From Thermodesulfobacteriota bacterium (GTDB lineage Bacteria > Desulfobacterota_D > UBA1144 > Nemesobacterales > UBA2774), in the NCBI GenBank assembly GCA_041390285.1, contig JAWKQD010000003.1:91019-155018 (forward strand): a stretch of 64,000 nt of DNA. The letters run 5' to 3'. The position numbers and the translations under genes are program-made. Positions 9,256-21,198 of this stretch are shown here, in pieces (within the stretch, counting starts at the first letter, position 1; each line of letters begins with the position of its first letter). The notes under the pieces are model-generated. The model searched no databases. It saw nothing but the letters and a program-made list of their open reading frames with translations, and was not told where the DNA came from.

Positions 9256-10359
9256 CTAGTAGAAGAACATCGCCACGCAGAACATTGTTAATAGCCACCC
9301 GAAATACACGAGTGGAAATGCCCATCGGCAGGTGCGGTCTATGCGGTCTCCGAGCTCGTACTTCCCCTGCTTGTCGAACCCGCCCACGACGAGGTTGGCC
9401 ACGACGGTCGCGCACATTGTCAGGAAGCTCGCGTTCAGAAACCCGTGCATCAGCGTGACGTACGAGATGTGGGGCAGCTGGTCGCTCGTCACTAGAATGT
9501 AGGCGACGCCGGTCAGTATCCCGATGAACGAAACGTTTATCCTGTCGCCGAGCGACGACCGGTCCATCCAGAACACGGTAAAGGACAGAAGGACGATGAC
9601 TACGAGCGGGAAGACGACCAGCCGCATCACGAAGAACGGCATCCGCATCGCATCCACGCTCACGACGAACGTCGACGAAATCCCCAGGCTCCCTGCGTAG
9701 CTTGCAGGGCGCTCCTGGACGGACTCGCCGACCCCCGTGACGATCCATTGAGGCACACGGGTTTCTCCGGCCGAGGGCCCCGGCCCATCCTTCTGCACCT
9801 GCATCAGGACCTCGTTCGTGTCGTAGCCGAGCACTGCAAAAATGGCTTTCAGCCGATGCTTGTCGAATGGGTATCGGCTCATGTTGAACTCCACCTCCGC
9901 GGTGGCGTCCAGCGTCTGGACAAGGGTTGAAGTTCCGTCGGGCTCTACGCGCAGAATGACGCCGTCCATCTCGAAGCCGCCCGCTTCGTTTACCAGAACC
10001 ACCTGCGGATACCACCCGGTCGCAAGCTCGTTGAACTGGTAGTCGCCCTGGTAGATTTTTTCGTTAACTCCCTCAACGGCAGGGTCGAAGGCTATGCGCG
10101 GGTCTTTCCACTTTAGCGTGAGCACTCCCGTGAACTCGAACGTTTCCGCCCCGTCGTTTATCTCGTTGATGTCATAAAAATCGAAGTGGGCTTCCACCAC
10201 GAGGGGGCCTGCCTGCTCGGGCAGCCCGAGCAGAAATGGCTCGGCCGTCCCCGCCTGTGGGGGTTGATTCTGGGTCCCGCCTGCTGGGGCCGCGGCTGCC
10301 ATCCGCGTGCAGCAAATCAGCGCCGCCAGCGCCAGGACTATAATAGTGAGCCTGCTCAT
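9256..10359 (-). CDS. Prokaryotic pentameric ligand-gated ion channel (Cys-loop receptor superfamily, GLIC/ELIC-like)
   Basis: 367 aa. Signal peptide, then an extracellular domain with FDFYDINEINDGAETFEFTGVLTLKWKDPRIAF and the Cys-loop-equivalent FNMSRYPFDKH (no flanking cysteines). Four TM helices follow: FFVMRLVVFPLVVIVLLSFTVFW, a DRINVSFIGILTGVAYILV M2-like helix, YVTLMHGFLNASFLTMCATVVANLVV and WAFPLVYFGWLLTMFCVAMFFY. Confidence 0.85.
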   Translation of the reverse strand: MSRLTIIVLALAALICCTRMAAAAPAGGTQNQPPQAGTAEPFLLGLPEQAGPLVVEAHFDFYDINEINDGAETFEFTGVLTLKWKDPRIAFDPAVEGVNEKIYQGDYQFNELATGWYPQVVLVNEAGGFEMDGVILRVEPDGTSTLVQTLDATAEVEFNMSRYPFDKHRLKAIFAVLGYDTNEVLMQVQKDGPGPSAGETRVPQWIVTGVGESVQERPASYAGSLGISSTFVVSVDAMRMPFFVMRLVVFPLVVIVLLSFTVFWMDRSSLGDRINVSFIGILTGVAYILVTSDQLPHISYVTLMHGFLNASFLTMCATVVANLVVGGFDKQGKYELGDRIDRTCRWAFPLVYFGWLLTMFCVAMFFY

Positions 10360-10472
10360 TCCCTGCCGTCTCCAGGCCGGTCAGCTTGGCCGGCTATTAA
10401 TTATGCGGCAAAAAGTGAGCGTTGACATCAACCGCCGATAAATTACGCAAACTCCTAAAACGGTGAAACTGC

Positions 10473-10481
10473 TGGTATAAT
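10473..10481 (+). promoter_or_regulatory. Extended -10 promoter element (TGgTATAAT) upstream of the Ntn hydrolase gene
   Basis: tggtataat lies 38 nt upstream of the ATG at 10520. No good -35 and no Shine-Dalgarno in the leader. Confidence 0.35.
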
Positions 10482-10519
10482 TCCTAGCTTCAGTTCGTAA
10501 TGTATATTTCAAAACATCT

Positions 10520-11497
10520 ATGTGCACACGTATCCTTTGGAATAACAACAAACTCGCGGTCGTCGTAGGCAGGACGATGGACTGGCCGGAATCGACCGAG
10601 CCCGTGCTGACGGTCTTTCCCCGGGGCATGGAGCGCGACGGCGGCATGGTCGGGCCGGAAAGCGTCGTTCCCGAGAACCCCGCCCGCTGGACGTCCAAAT
10701 ACGGTAGCCTCGTCACGACCGTTTACGGTATCGGCACTGCGGACGGCGTCAACGAAAAGGGGCTTGCGATCCACATGCTCTATCTCACCGCGACGGACTA
10801 CGGCCCCCGCGACGCCGCCAAGCCGGGCGTGCATGCGGGGCTATGGGGTCAGTACTTCCTCGATAATGCCGCGACGGTGGCAGAAGCCGTCGAGCTCATG
10901 AAGGGTATCCAGCCTATCATGGTCACGGCGCGCGGCGTGAAATCCACCGTCCACCTCGCCATCGAGGATTCGTCAGGCGATTCGGCCATCGTCGAATACA
11001 TCGGGGGGCAGCCTGTCGTGCACCACGGCCGTGAATATCAGCTCCTGACGAACGATCCCGCGTACGACGAGCAGCTAAAGAACCTTTCGGGCTACGACTT
11101 CACAAACTCTACGCGCCAGACGCCGCTTCCGGGCAATGTGGACCCTGTCCAGCGCTTCATCCGCGCGGCTTATTTTCTCCAGAAGCTCCCCGAGCCTAAA
11201 ACAGAGCGCGAGGCGATGGCCGGCATACTCGCAATCGCCCGGAACGCCTCGGTCCCCTTCGGCGCTCCGAACAACGCACCCGGCACGCTCTACAACACCG
11301 AGTACCGGACGGCTATCGATCTCACGAACCGCCGCTACTTCTTCGAGCTTACGACCGCGCCCAATCTGATATGGGTAGAACTATCCGGGCTGGATTTTAA
11401 CGCCGGCGCGCCTGTTATGCTCCTCGACCCCGACAACATATATCTCGCCGGTGACGTAACGGCCCAGTTCCACAAAGCCGACAAAGCCCCGTTCTAA
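10520..11497 (+). CDS. Linear amide C-N hydrolase, choloylglycine hydrolase / penicillin V acylase family (Ntn hydrolase)
   Basis: Intact 325-aa ORF starting MCTRILWNNNKLAVVVGRTMDW. Cys2 is the expected N-terminal nucleophile. Family-typical length and pattern. Confidence 0.85.
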   Translation: MCTRILWNNNKLAVVVGRTMDWPESTEPVLTVFPRGMERDGGMVGPESVVPENPARWTSKYGSLVTTVYGIGTADGVNEKGLAIHMLYLTATDYGPRDAAKPGVHAGLWGQYFLDNAATVAEAVELMKGIQPIMVTARGVKSTVHLAIEDSSGDSAIVEYIGGQPVVHHGREYQLLTNDPAYDEQLKNLSGYDFTNSTRQTPLPGNVDPVQRFIRAAYFLQKLPEPKTEREAMAGILAIARNASVPFGAPNNAPGTLYNTEYRTAIDLTNRRYFFELTTAPNLIWVELSGLDFNAGAPVMLLDPDNIYLAGDVTAQFHKADKAPF

Positions 11498-11664
11498 AAC
11501 CGCATCCTGTTTGGTTAAGCCGTGGGAGTTGTCTTTTCATTCTTCCGAATTGCCGCGTCTTTCATACCTCGGCCTCTCTTGACAGAGGGGGCATTGTACG
11601 TGATAGACTCCTGATAATGTCACATGTCCGGGTATCCGAAATATAGAAAGAAGGAGGGGATGAT

Positions 11665-12228
11665 ATGCGAGTCAATATTATTATCCAGGTCCTGTTTTTC
11701 GTATTATTGATTCCCGCATTGTCGGGGTGTGATAACAACGGTAACGCTCAACAGAACGCTACTGCATTCGATCTGGCATTCTCCGGCAGTTTCGTGCCGG
11801 CTCCGGCCAGCACCGATACCAACGGCGACGGAAGACCTGCAAGCCTCAGGGCATACGGGGGCCAGAGCGATTTCGGAAATACCGTTATCACCATCCTCGA
11901 CGAATTCGCCCAGCCCGTTCCCCCGGTTAATTGCCCCCCGGATACGCTCGAGTTCGATCTGGTACAGGGCAGCTTCGTAATCAGGGTGGGGAACGGAGAC
12001 CTTCTGTTGGGAGTTATAGAATCCGGCAAGAGCTGCTTCGACCCCGTCGCGGGACGATCCGAGATCTCTGAAGAAGGGAGCTTCACGGGAGGCACGGGTC
12101 AGTTCGAGGGTGCCGCGGGCCCCGTCGAGTTAAAAACCAGCTCGATCTTCTTGAACACGACCGCGGTGAACGGCTTTGCTTCTGGCGGGTCGACGGGTGA
12201 AGTTACCGGCACGATAGAGCCGGAGTAA
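11665..12228 (+). CDS. Hypothetical lipoprotein
   Basis: 187-aa ORF with a GGAGG upstream. Lipobox in MRVNIIIQVLFFVLLIPALSGC. No family recognised. Confidence 0.55.
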   Translation: MRVNIIIQVLFFVLLIPALSGCDNNGNAQQNATAFDLAFSGSFVPAPASTDTNGDGRPASLRAYGGQSDFGNTVITILDEFAQPVPPVNCPPDTLEFDLVQGSFVIRVGNGDLLLGVIESGKSCFDPVAGRSEISEEGSFTGGTGQFEGAAGPVELKTSSIFLNTTAVNGFASGGSTGEVTGTIEPE

Positions 12229-12299
12229 ATGGCGGGCGAGGGGGGATCCGAGCCCCCTAAATCTGCGCAGGCCTCCGCGAACGCAGCGTCTCCCTCGTC

Positions 12300-13046
12300 T
12301 TACAGTGCCTGGCTTGTGGGCCGGAACAGGATCTCGTTTATGTCCACGTCATCCGGCTGGCTTATTGCGAATGCAACTGCCTTCGCAAACGATTCTGCGG
12401 GAATCGCGTACTCATCGTAGAACTTTTGTATGCCCTCTGCAATGTCCGGCTCGGTCACGCTTCCCGGCAGCTCGGTGTCCACTGCGCCCGGCGAGATAAC
12501 CGTAGTGCGTATGTTGTAGGGCTTAACCTCCTGGCGCAGTCCCTCGGACAGCACACGCACGGCATGCTTTGTTGCGGCATAGACCGCGAAGTTAGGGCCG
12601 ACTACGTGGCCGGCGACGGAGGAAACGTTGATGAAATGCCCCGCTTTCTGCTCCTTCATGTAAGGCAGCGCTGCTGCAATGCCATAGAGCACACCTTTGA
12701 TGTTTACATCGATCGTGCGGTCCCAGTCCTTAATATTCAGCCGCTCAAGCGGCGCTTGCGGCATCAACCCCGCATTGTTGATGATAACGTCTATACGTCC
12801 GTAGTTCTTAACGGCCGCATCGACCAACCCCTTCACCTGATCGCAGTCGGTGACGTCCGTGGTAATGGCGAGCGCCTTACCCCCACTGTCAACTATCTCG
12901 TCCGCCAGGTGCTGTATGCGATCGGTGCGCCGCGCGCCCAGCACGACGGTTGCGCCCTCCGCCGAGAGATGCCTTGCGGTCGCCTCGCCCAGCCCGCTGC
13001 TCGCGCCTGTAATGACGACGACTTTCCCTTCAATATTTTGGCTCAT
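12300..13046 (-). CDS. SDR family NAD(P)-dependent oxidoreductase
   Basis: 248 aa. Cofactor motif [18 protein letters not shown], and a catalytic YAATKHA (YxxxK). Confidence 0.9.
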   Translation of the reverse strand: MSQNIEGKVVVITGASSGLGEATARHLSAEGATVVLGARRTDRIQHLADEIVDSGGKALAITTDVTDCDQVKGLVDAAVKNYGRIDVIINNAGLMPQAPLERLNIKDWDRTIDVNIKGVLYGIAAALPYMKEQKAGHFINVSSVAGHVVGPNFAVYAATKHAVRVLSEGLRQEVKPYNIRTTVISPGAVDTELPGSVTEPDIAEGIQKFYDEYAIPAESFAKAVAFAISQPDDVDINEILFRPTSQAL

Positions 13047-13065
13047 GGTTATTTCTCCTGTCTTA

Positions 13066-13457
13066 CTAAATTTTATATTCTTCGTCGGTTACCTTTTCCA
13101 TCCACTCGACTGCCTTGCCGTCCAGCCGCTCCTGAACGGCGATGTGCGTCATGCCCGTGGTTGCCGTCGCCCCGTGCCAGTGCTTCTCGCCGGGCGGGAA
13201 CCATATCACGTCACCAAGCCGTATTTCTTCCACGGGCCCGCCCAGGCGCTGTGCCCAGCCGCTCCCTGACGTTGCGATTAATGTCTGTCCCAGCGGGTGT
13301 GTATGCCATACGGTCCGTGCGCCGGGTTCGAACGTAACGAGCGCCCCGGTAACCCGGGCGGGGTCAGGCGCCTGGAACAGGGGGTCGATACGTACAGCGC
13401 CGGTAAAATACTCTTCGGGTCCTTTGCCGGGCTGTGTGCCGTTTCTTTGATATCCAT
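13066..13457 (-). CDS. Cupin domain protein. It is not in the ORF track because one apparent frameshift lies just after the start codon.
   Basis: The reverse strand reads MDIK(frame change)[125 protein letters not shown]. Cupin motifs are HTHPLGQ and PPGEKHWHG. The span is 392 nt, not a multiple of 3. Confidence 0.75.
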
Positions 13458-13704
13458 TTCTATATCTCCCGTTACTTCGTTGTCCTATACTTATTAGTAT
13501 AATCGTCCCATGGTATGAATATGTAGGTGAATCCTGCTTATTTTTTTGCCTAATACTCGAAGCCAGCGAATCGTGTGTGTAGCCGTGCGTCTTTGGATAG
13601 CCTTAGAAATGTGCGCGGGACGAAAAATATCGATGAGAGGTATTGAAGGCAAGACATATTAAAATAGAATATTGTTATATTGATATCGTCTGGCGTGGTA
13701 GATG

Positions 13705-14412
13705 ATGGAAAAGAGAAATAATAAGCAATGTCAGATTTGGGGAGCCGAAAAAATTATATGAAGCATCGGCCGATCTGGTACGGGCGACGATACTGAACCT
13801 GATTCTCGAACGCCACCCCGATTGGAATAATGATGGATACATTTGCCCTTAAAGGACCTGAACAAATTCCAGGGCTGAGTACATCAAAAAAGTCATTGAG
13901 AAAGATAAAGGTGAGTTGACGGATCTCGAAAAAGAAGTTCTGGATAGAATGAAACAACTTTGAGATTCTTTCAGAGAATATTAACCTCGAATTTGAACGT
14001 CAATTAACGCCTGGTGAAAGACTGGCCGATGTCATAGCCGGTTTTGGGGGAAGCTGGCTGTTCATAATTATCTTCAGCTGTATCCTGGTATCGTGGGTTG
14101 TTGTTAACTCATGGGTAATTATAAGGAAACCATTCGACTACCCGTACATCCTGTTGAATCTCGTGCTTTCTTGTCTTGCTGCAATGCAGGCTCCTGTAAT
14201 TATGATGAGCCAGAACAGACAGGAAACCAAGAGACCGGCTACGAGCAGAAAATGACTATAGAATTAATTTAAGGGCGGAACTGGAGATAAGACATCTTCA
14301 TGAAAAAATGGATCATCTTCTTATGAAGCAGTGGGAACGGCTCCTGGAAATACAGGAAGTCCAGATTGATATTCTGGAAGAACTTTCCGATAAATCAGCC
14401 CATAAAAGATAA
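13705..14412 (+). pseudogene. DUF1003 family membrane protein, broken by at least four frame changes
   Basis: Pieces across frames: MEKRNNKQCQIWGAEK, ASADLVRATILNLILERHPDWNNDGYICP, KFRAEYIKKVIEKDKGELTDLEKEVLDRMKQL, LTPGERLADVIAGFGGSWLFIIIFSCILVSWVVVNSW...FDYPYILLNLVLSCLAAMQAPVIMMSQNRQE, then LKAELEIRHLHEKMDHLLMKQWERLLEIQEVQIDILEEL. This is the DUF1003 signature (GERLAD..FGGSW, QAPxIMMSQNRQ). Confidence 0.65.
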
Positions 14413-14501
14413 AGCGCATTTTATCGATTTCTTATCTGTATTAAATCCCGGACGATAGCATCATTATAAACCCTTACTATGCGTAACTACTGACTAAACC
14501 G

Positions 14502-14540
14502 CGGCGGGTGGTCAGGGGATTCGAACCTGTACCTATCCCC
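14502..14540 (-). other. tRNA-like 3' fragment (T-arm plus acceptor-like tail) without a matching 5' half
   Basis: The minus strand reads AGGTACAGGTTCGAATCCCCTGACCACCCGCCG. Compare the 3' end of the nearby tRNA-Arg, AGGTCGGGGGTTCGAATCCCCCATCGCCCGCCA. I could not find a complementary 5' acceptor strand, D-arm or anticodon arm. Confidence 0.35.
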
Positions 14541-15005
14541 CTTTAGTCAAGCGAGGTTTAAGCTAGAATCGTGGAGGAAGCTATCCCGGCGAAGGCCGAT
14601 TTAAAAACCCGGTTTCAGCGCTCGCTCTTATCGTCATGGACAGAGCTGACTCTTTTCCATGTCCTGTTCCCGGTATACTTCAGGAAATCTCTTCCTTCGG
14701 GAGCTTTTGAGCTTCTAACCTTTCTCCACTTTCTATTGCCTACGTATGTGAGGAAAAGCTTTTTTCTCCTCATTTTTCTCACCCTGATAAAAAGTATAAA
14801 ACATTCTCTCCGTATCCACATCCCTTTTTAGTAGCTGTGATGCGTAATACCTGCCCCATTTCCGGGTCTGAACAGGCCTTCATAAAACTGCATGGAAGAG
14901 TTAGATGGAGAATACAGGGGTACTTGGGCCAATAGGAATCGGCTCTCCCCATGCGGATTATATGCGTAGTAGAATTTAACAAAATGTAATCATTAACTAA
15001 AACAA

Positions 15006-15081
15006 TGGCGGGCGATGGGGGATTCGAACCCCCGACCTCAGGCTTCGGAGGCCTGCGCTCTATCCACTGAGCTAATCGCCC
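15006..15081 (-). tRNA. tRNA-Arg (anticodon CCG), CCA encoded
   Basis: Reverse complement: GGGCGATTAGCTCAGTGGATAGAGCGCAGGCCTCCGAAGCCTGAGGTCGGGGGTTCGAATCCCCCATCGCCCGCCA. Acceptor GGGCGAT/ATCGCCC, D-arm GCTC..GAGC, anticodon stem CAGGC/GCCTG with loop CTCCGAA, T-arm GGGGG-TTCGAAT-CCCCC. 76 nt. Confidence 0.95.
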
Positions 15082-15914
15082 GGTCTGGAAATTCCAAGCT
15101 CCTTCATGACCTGCTGCATGTCTTCCCAAAGGGGCTTCTTGAAATTCGGGTTCCGGAGAAGCGCGGCTGGATGATAAGTTACCATGACTTTGAACTTTCC
15201 GTAACGGTGAAATTTTCCGCGCATGCTCCCGAGGCTCGCCTTCGTTTTCAGTATCGACTGCGACGCCGTGTTTCCGAGGCACACGACCACGTCTGGATTT
15301 ATCGACCTCAGCTCCTGGAACAGGAATGGCTCCCACTCCGCCATCTCGTCCGGGGTAGGGGTCCTGTTGTCCGGCGGCCTCGACTTCACGATGTTCGAGA
15401 TGTACACGTCCTCCCTCTTTAGTCCCATTGCCTCGATTATCTTGTTCAGTAGCTGCCCGGCCCTGCCGACGAACGGCCTCCCCTGTATGTCCTCGTCCCT
15501 GCCCGGGGCCTCGCCGACGAACACGAGCCTTGCCTTCGGGTTCCCTTCGCCGAAGACAATCTGCTTACTCCCCTCGAAGAGCCTCGACGACATCCGCTCC
15601 ATAAGCTCCTTTCGTATCTCATCGAGCGGCATTATCTTCGAGGACGCATCGAACATCCCCATCTGTTCCGGGACGCTGATTATCTCTTCGTTCTGTGCGG
15701 CTCCCCTGTCTTCTCTGGCAACGGTTCTTTTCGGTGTCACGGTTTCCTCCCGCCGGGGGTACTCCGTTTCTCTCCTGTCTCCGGCGGTCTCCTCCTTCCT
15801 CTCCCTGAAAACCCTCTTCACCCCCATCTCTTTCTGGAATTCGTAGTACCGCCGCAAATCCCCGGCTATCTCTTTTAATTCGCGCTCTCGGCTCATCCGT
15901 ATTATATAAAACAC
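15072..15914 (-). CDS. Uracil-DNA glycosylase, family 4
   Basis: 280 aa. C-terminal domain with GEGNPKARLVFVGEAPGRDEDIQGRPFVGRAGQLLNKII...YISNIVKSRPPDNRTP...MVTYHPAALLRNP. The N-terminal ~110 aa is low-complexity and charged. The last codons overlap the 5' end of tRNA-Arg by 10 nt, so the true stop may be earlier. Confidence 0.85.
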   Translation of the reverse strand: MFYIIRMSRERELKEIAGDLRRYYEFQKEMGVKRVFRERKEETAGDRRETEYPRREETVTPKRTVAREDRGAAQNEEIISVPEQMGMFDASSKIMPLDEIRKELMERMSSRLFEGSKQIVFGEGNPKARLVFVGEAPGRDEDIQGRPFVGRAGQLLNKIIEAMGLKREDVYISNIVKSRPPDNRTPTPDEMAEWEPFLFQELRSINPDVVVCLGNTASQSILKTKASLGSMRGKFHRYGKFKVMVTYHPAALLRNPNFKKPLWEDMQQVMKELGISRPGD

Positions 15915-16073
15915 GGTTTAACGGGAAAAATCCATACGCCGCTCACAAGCTCGGGCGAAAGGTCCTAATCCGTCCCCTGAATCCGCGTCCAATCACCCCG
16001 CCGTTTTGTCCTCCGCTTGTGATTATGGTAAACAATTCTATCCTAATAGGAACTTCCGAACAGCGAGCAGGTA

Positions 16074-18549
<2,476 letters not shown>

Positions 18550-18644
18550 GGCGGCTCCTAATCTTTTTTAGCGTTATTCGAGGCGCGTTTGTGGCTAAAA
18601 CCGGTTTACGGCCGCCTCAAAAGTGTGGTAAAGTGAAATTTAAT

Positions 18645-19022
18645 ATGTCACTCAAGAAGAGTATGCCCCTCCTTTTCATCCTGGCATCGCTTACGCTCGC
18701 CACGCTCTTTGGGTACGAAAGCGGCGATCCTGAGCAAAGCATCTACCTCGAAGCCCCGTGCCTAACGGGGGTTATCCATGCAGATACGAGGGATTTGTCC
18801 GGGCGTATGAGCGATGAGACCGCCCCTGGAAGAAGCATCATTTACAGCTTCGATCAGGACGCTGTTTCCAGCACATATTTCCAGTCGGCGGAAATTTCCG
18901 GATCCCAAACCATTAATGCTCCTGACGCCGCAAGGAAACTCTATACGTACAGGAGCGAAGCGAAGTACGATCTAATCACCTCTGACATTACCAATAAATC
19001 TCCTCCCGATTACCTTCTTTAA
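18645..19022 (+). CDS. Hypothetical secreted protein
   Basis: Internal start MSLKKSMPLLFILASLTLATLFG (signal-like). It sits right after leuS, where lptE is often found, but there is no lipobox cysteine and no recognisable LptE text. Confidence 0.35.
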   Translation: MSLKKSMPLLFILASLTLATLFGYESGDPEQSIYLEAPCLTGVIHADTRDLSGRMSDETAPGRSIIYSFDQDAVSSTYFQSAEISGSQTINAPDAARKLYTYRSEAKYDLITSDITNKSPPDYLL

Positions 19023-19106
19023 GTCCGTCAGTCGAAATTAAATGCCTTGGCCGTAAAAAGACATTGTCTTTTTACGCAGTCTCATATGGATTTGAAGGAG
19101 AGTGTT

Positions 19107-19423
19107 ATGTCCGTAGCTGATAATACGAATAATATAAAAAATGAAGAGATTTCCAGCGTGTCGGGAGTAACCATTTTTACCAAGGAGAACTGTATTTACT
19201 GCGATGCGGCAAAAGCTGTTCTCGAAAGGGCCGGCATCGTGTACAGGGAAATTCCAATCGGCTCCTATCCCGAGCTGTGGAAGATAATCTGCTTAAAATA
19301 TGGATGGAAGGGGGCGCCGCTCGTGCTCATGGGCAATAAACCCTCGGCGGTTTTCCCGAGCTTTGTATACATTTCGGAAGGAAGAGCATATTCGACAGGG
19401 GAGAGCGCTCCCTCGAAATATAA
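19107..19423 (+). CDS. Glutaredoxin-like (thioredoxin-fold) protein with one apparent frameshift near 19345
   Basis: AAGGAG upstream of the ATG. VTIFTKENCIYCDAAKAVLERAGIVYREIPI (CxxC). After the frame change it reads LGGFPELCIHFGRKSIFDRGERSLEI*, the GGF..L glutaredoxin C-terminal pattern. Confidence 0.6.
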
Positions 19424-19451
19424 AACTTGCGGCGTGCCGTCCCGGATGTCA

Positions 19452-20098
19452 TTACCGATCGTTGTCGCCGGTTTTTGCGTATTTCTCCGCGATTAGACAG
19501 AGCTCGCGTGGGCAGCCTTTCCGGGTCTGCGGCCCCGAAAACGCTCGTGATGACGGCTATTCCTTGAGACGCCGGTATCGAGAACGTCTCCGCGTTCTCC
19601 GCCGTTATTCCGCCTATGGCGAACACGGAGATGCCCTTATACGCGCCGCCGCTTCCCCCAGCACTGAACGGTGTCGGCGTCCTTCCGGGCTTGGTAGGGT
19701 ATTGTACGGTGTTCCGAAGGCGACGTAATCCGCTCCCCAGGCTAGTGCCTGATGCTCCCTGCTCCATCTTGCCGTAACACGATACGCCTATAATAGCGCT
19801 CTCGCCCAGCACGCTCCTCGCGTGGGAGATTCCGGCGTCTCCCTCGCCCAGGTGCACTCCGTCTGCCCCGATCCGGCGGCAAGCTCCGGGGAATCGTTTA
19901 TAATCAGAGGAATTCGTAACGCCTGGTGATGCCGAGGAGTTTCTTCCCGAGCACGATAACCTCATCGTGCGGCGTGTCCTTTTCCCCGAGCCGAAGTATG
20001 CTTGCGCCGCCCCTCACTGCCGCCTCTACTATTCCGCGAACGCCTTCGGGTATAAGCTTCTGGTCCGTAATCAGGTAAAGCCCGCCGTGTACTTTCAT
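19452..20098 (-). pseudogene. thiE: Thiamine-phosphate synthase, broken by several frame changes
   Basis: MKVHGGLYLITDQKLIPEGVRGIVEAAVRGGASILRLGEKD (ORF 19904..20098). Then ADGVHLGEGDAGISHARSVLGESAIIGVSC, ALAWGADYVAFGT (another frame), YPTKPGRTP...ISVFAIGGITAENAE...GIAVITSVFGAADPE. The 3' limit is inferred. Confidence 0.75.
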
Positions 20099-20297
20099 AC
20101 CCGGAAAATCTATCCAATAGCGCCGGGATGGGCAAATGCTTTAGCTTCGGTTTACATACACGGCGAAATTTCGTAAACACTTGTCGTTTTCAATATGTTA
20201 TGTAATTAAAGCCTATTGTGAAATTATCTTAGAATTTACTTGAAATATTTGAGGGCCTATTATAAAATGAATCCTAAACGGCCGGAGGTATGACCGC

Positions 20298-21173
20298 ATG
20301 AGACAGAAAAGCTGCCCGAAATGGGTACTTATCACACTCTTCTTGATATTCGTGATATCGGCGGCAACGATGCCGCTAGAAGAGTCCCGCCCAGGGCAGG
20401 AATATACCGCATTCCTTCTTTCTGAGCATCCCTACAGCTCGACCGGCCTTAAGGGTAACCTCGAGATCGCATCCGTAGACGGCGGCGGCGCGCTGGTGAT
20501 GAACCAGCTCAGGCTCGACATCGATCTAGGGAACAATTTCTTCGGCCTATACGGTAAATTCCCGTTCGCGGGGCGTAAATTTGACGTGGGGTCTTCGGTG
20601 ACGGCGATTACGACTTCGGCAACATAGGCGTCGGAACAAAATTCTCCACGCCTCGGGAAGATGTCTTCACGGTCGGCTTCGAGGCTATCCTTCCCACAAC
20701 GGGCAACGACCTCGGCAGGCTCGGGGCCCGCTCCTACTTCCGCGACTTCGCCTACTTCACAGACGATGCCTATACCTTCGTCCCCTACGCCGTCTTCGCC
20801 ATAAGCGGCAACATGTTCGCGCTTCGTATGAACCTCGATTGACATCATGACGAATGCGAAGAAGGCTGACGGAAGCCCGTTCGATACGGGCGGCGACAGC
20901 ACCGAGCTCATGCTCAAATACGGAGCCACGGCCAGTCTCACGTCTGACTTCGGCATCCCCTTCTCGACCTCCTTTCTCCTCGAGATGTTACTCGCGTCCT
21001 CGACGACTTTCGAGAATAACGTGACCGGGGCCTATGTAACACCGGGCGTCAGGGTAGGCGGGCAGATGTTCAGCTTCGGCGCGGGCGTTCAGATTCCATT
21101 CGGCAGCAGCGAGATTACGAACTTCGCCAACGTCGATTTCCTGGTGGATATGCTCGTAAAGTTCGGCGGCTGA
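20298..21173 (+). CDS. Hypothetical secreted, outer-membrane-like protein with two apparent frameshifts (near 20590 and 20838)
   Basis: N-terminal signal/anchor KWVLITLFLIFVISAATMP. Middle part in another frame: VFGDGDYDFGNIGVGTKFSTPREDVFTVGFEAILPTTGNDLG...AVFAISGNMFALRMNLD. C-terminal ORF 20847..21173. Alternating aromatic/Gly pattern suggests beta-strands. No family named. Confidence 0.4.
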
Positions 21174-21198
21174 AACGGTCCCGCCGGAGAGGGCAGTC

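Noticed and set aside
9212-10015. Long antisense ORFs, such as 9212..10015 (antisense to the pLGIC), 12426..13337 (antisense to the SDR/cupin), 22732..23742, 24087..24932, 28119..28934, 40062..41078 and 46675..47316.
   Set aside because: They lie opposite strongly supported genes. They are Arg/Pro/Gly/His-rich low-complexity translations typical of shadow frames in GC-rich coding DNA, and they have no motifs or ribosome-binding sites.
14653-14759. Two ~38-nt imperfect direct repeats spaced 68 nt apart (ttttccatgtcctgttcccggtatacttcaggaaatct / tttctccactttctattgcctacgtatgtgaggaaaag), considered as a degenerate CRISPR array.
   Set aside because: There are only two copies, roughly 60 percent identical by eye, with no further repeats and no cas genes anywhere in the window. 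It is more likely a local duplication in noncoding DNA.
14502-14900. tmRNA or RNase P RNA on the minus strand, suggested by the GGTTCGAATCCCC T-arm-like element and a GATAAGAGCGAGCGC string.
   Set aside because: There is no 5' GGGG acceptor strand pairing with the 3' end and no terminal CCA context. The only nearby tag-like frame ends DDKSER*, not a hydrophobic ALAA-type tag. The RNase P core GAGGAAAGTCCGGGC is absent on both strands.
14779-15336. 185-aa minus-strand ORF spanning the tRNA-Arg gene and the 3' end of the UDG gene.
   Set aside because: It runs straight through a well-formed tRNA and out of frame through the UDG gene on the same strand. There is no independent support.
18645-19022. 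Calling the ORF after leuS as lptE on positional grounds.
   Set aside because: There is no lipobox cysteine after the signal-like segment and no LptE-like sequence I can recognise. Position alone is insufficient.
20099-20297. TPP riboswitch in the thiE upstream region.
   Set aside because: The conserved CTGAGA and ACCTGATCTGGATAATGCCAGCG-type core elements are not present on the thiE strand.
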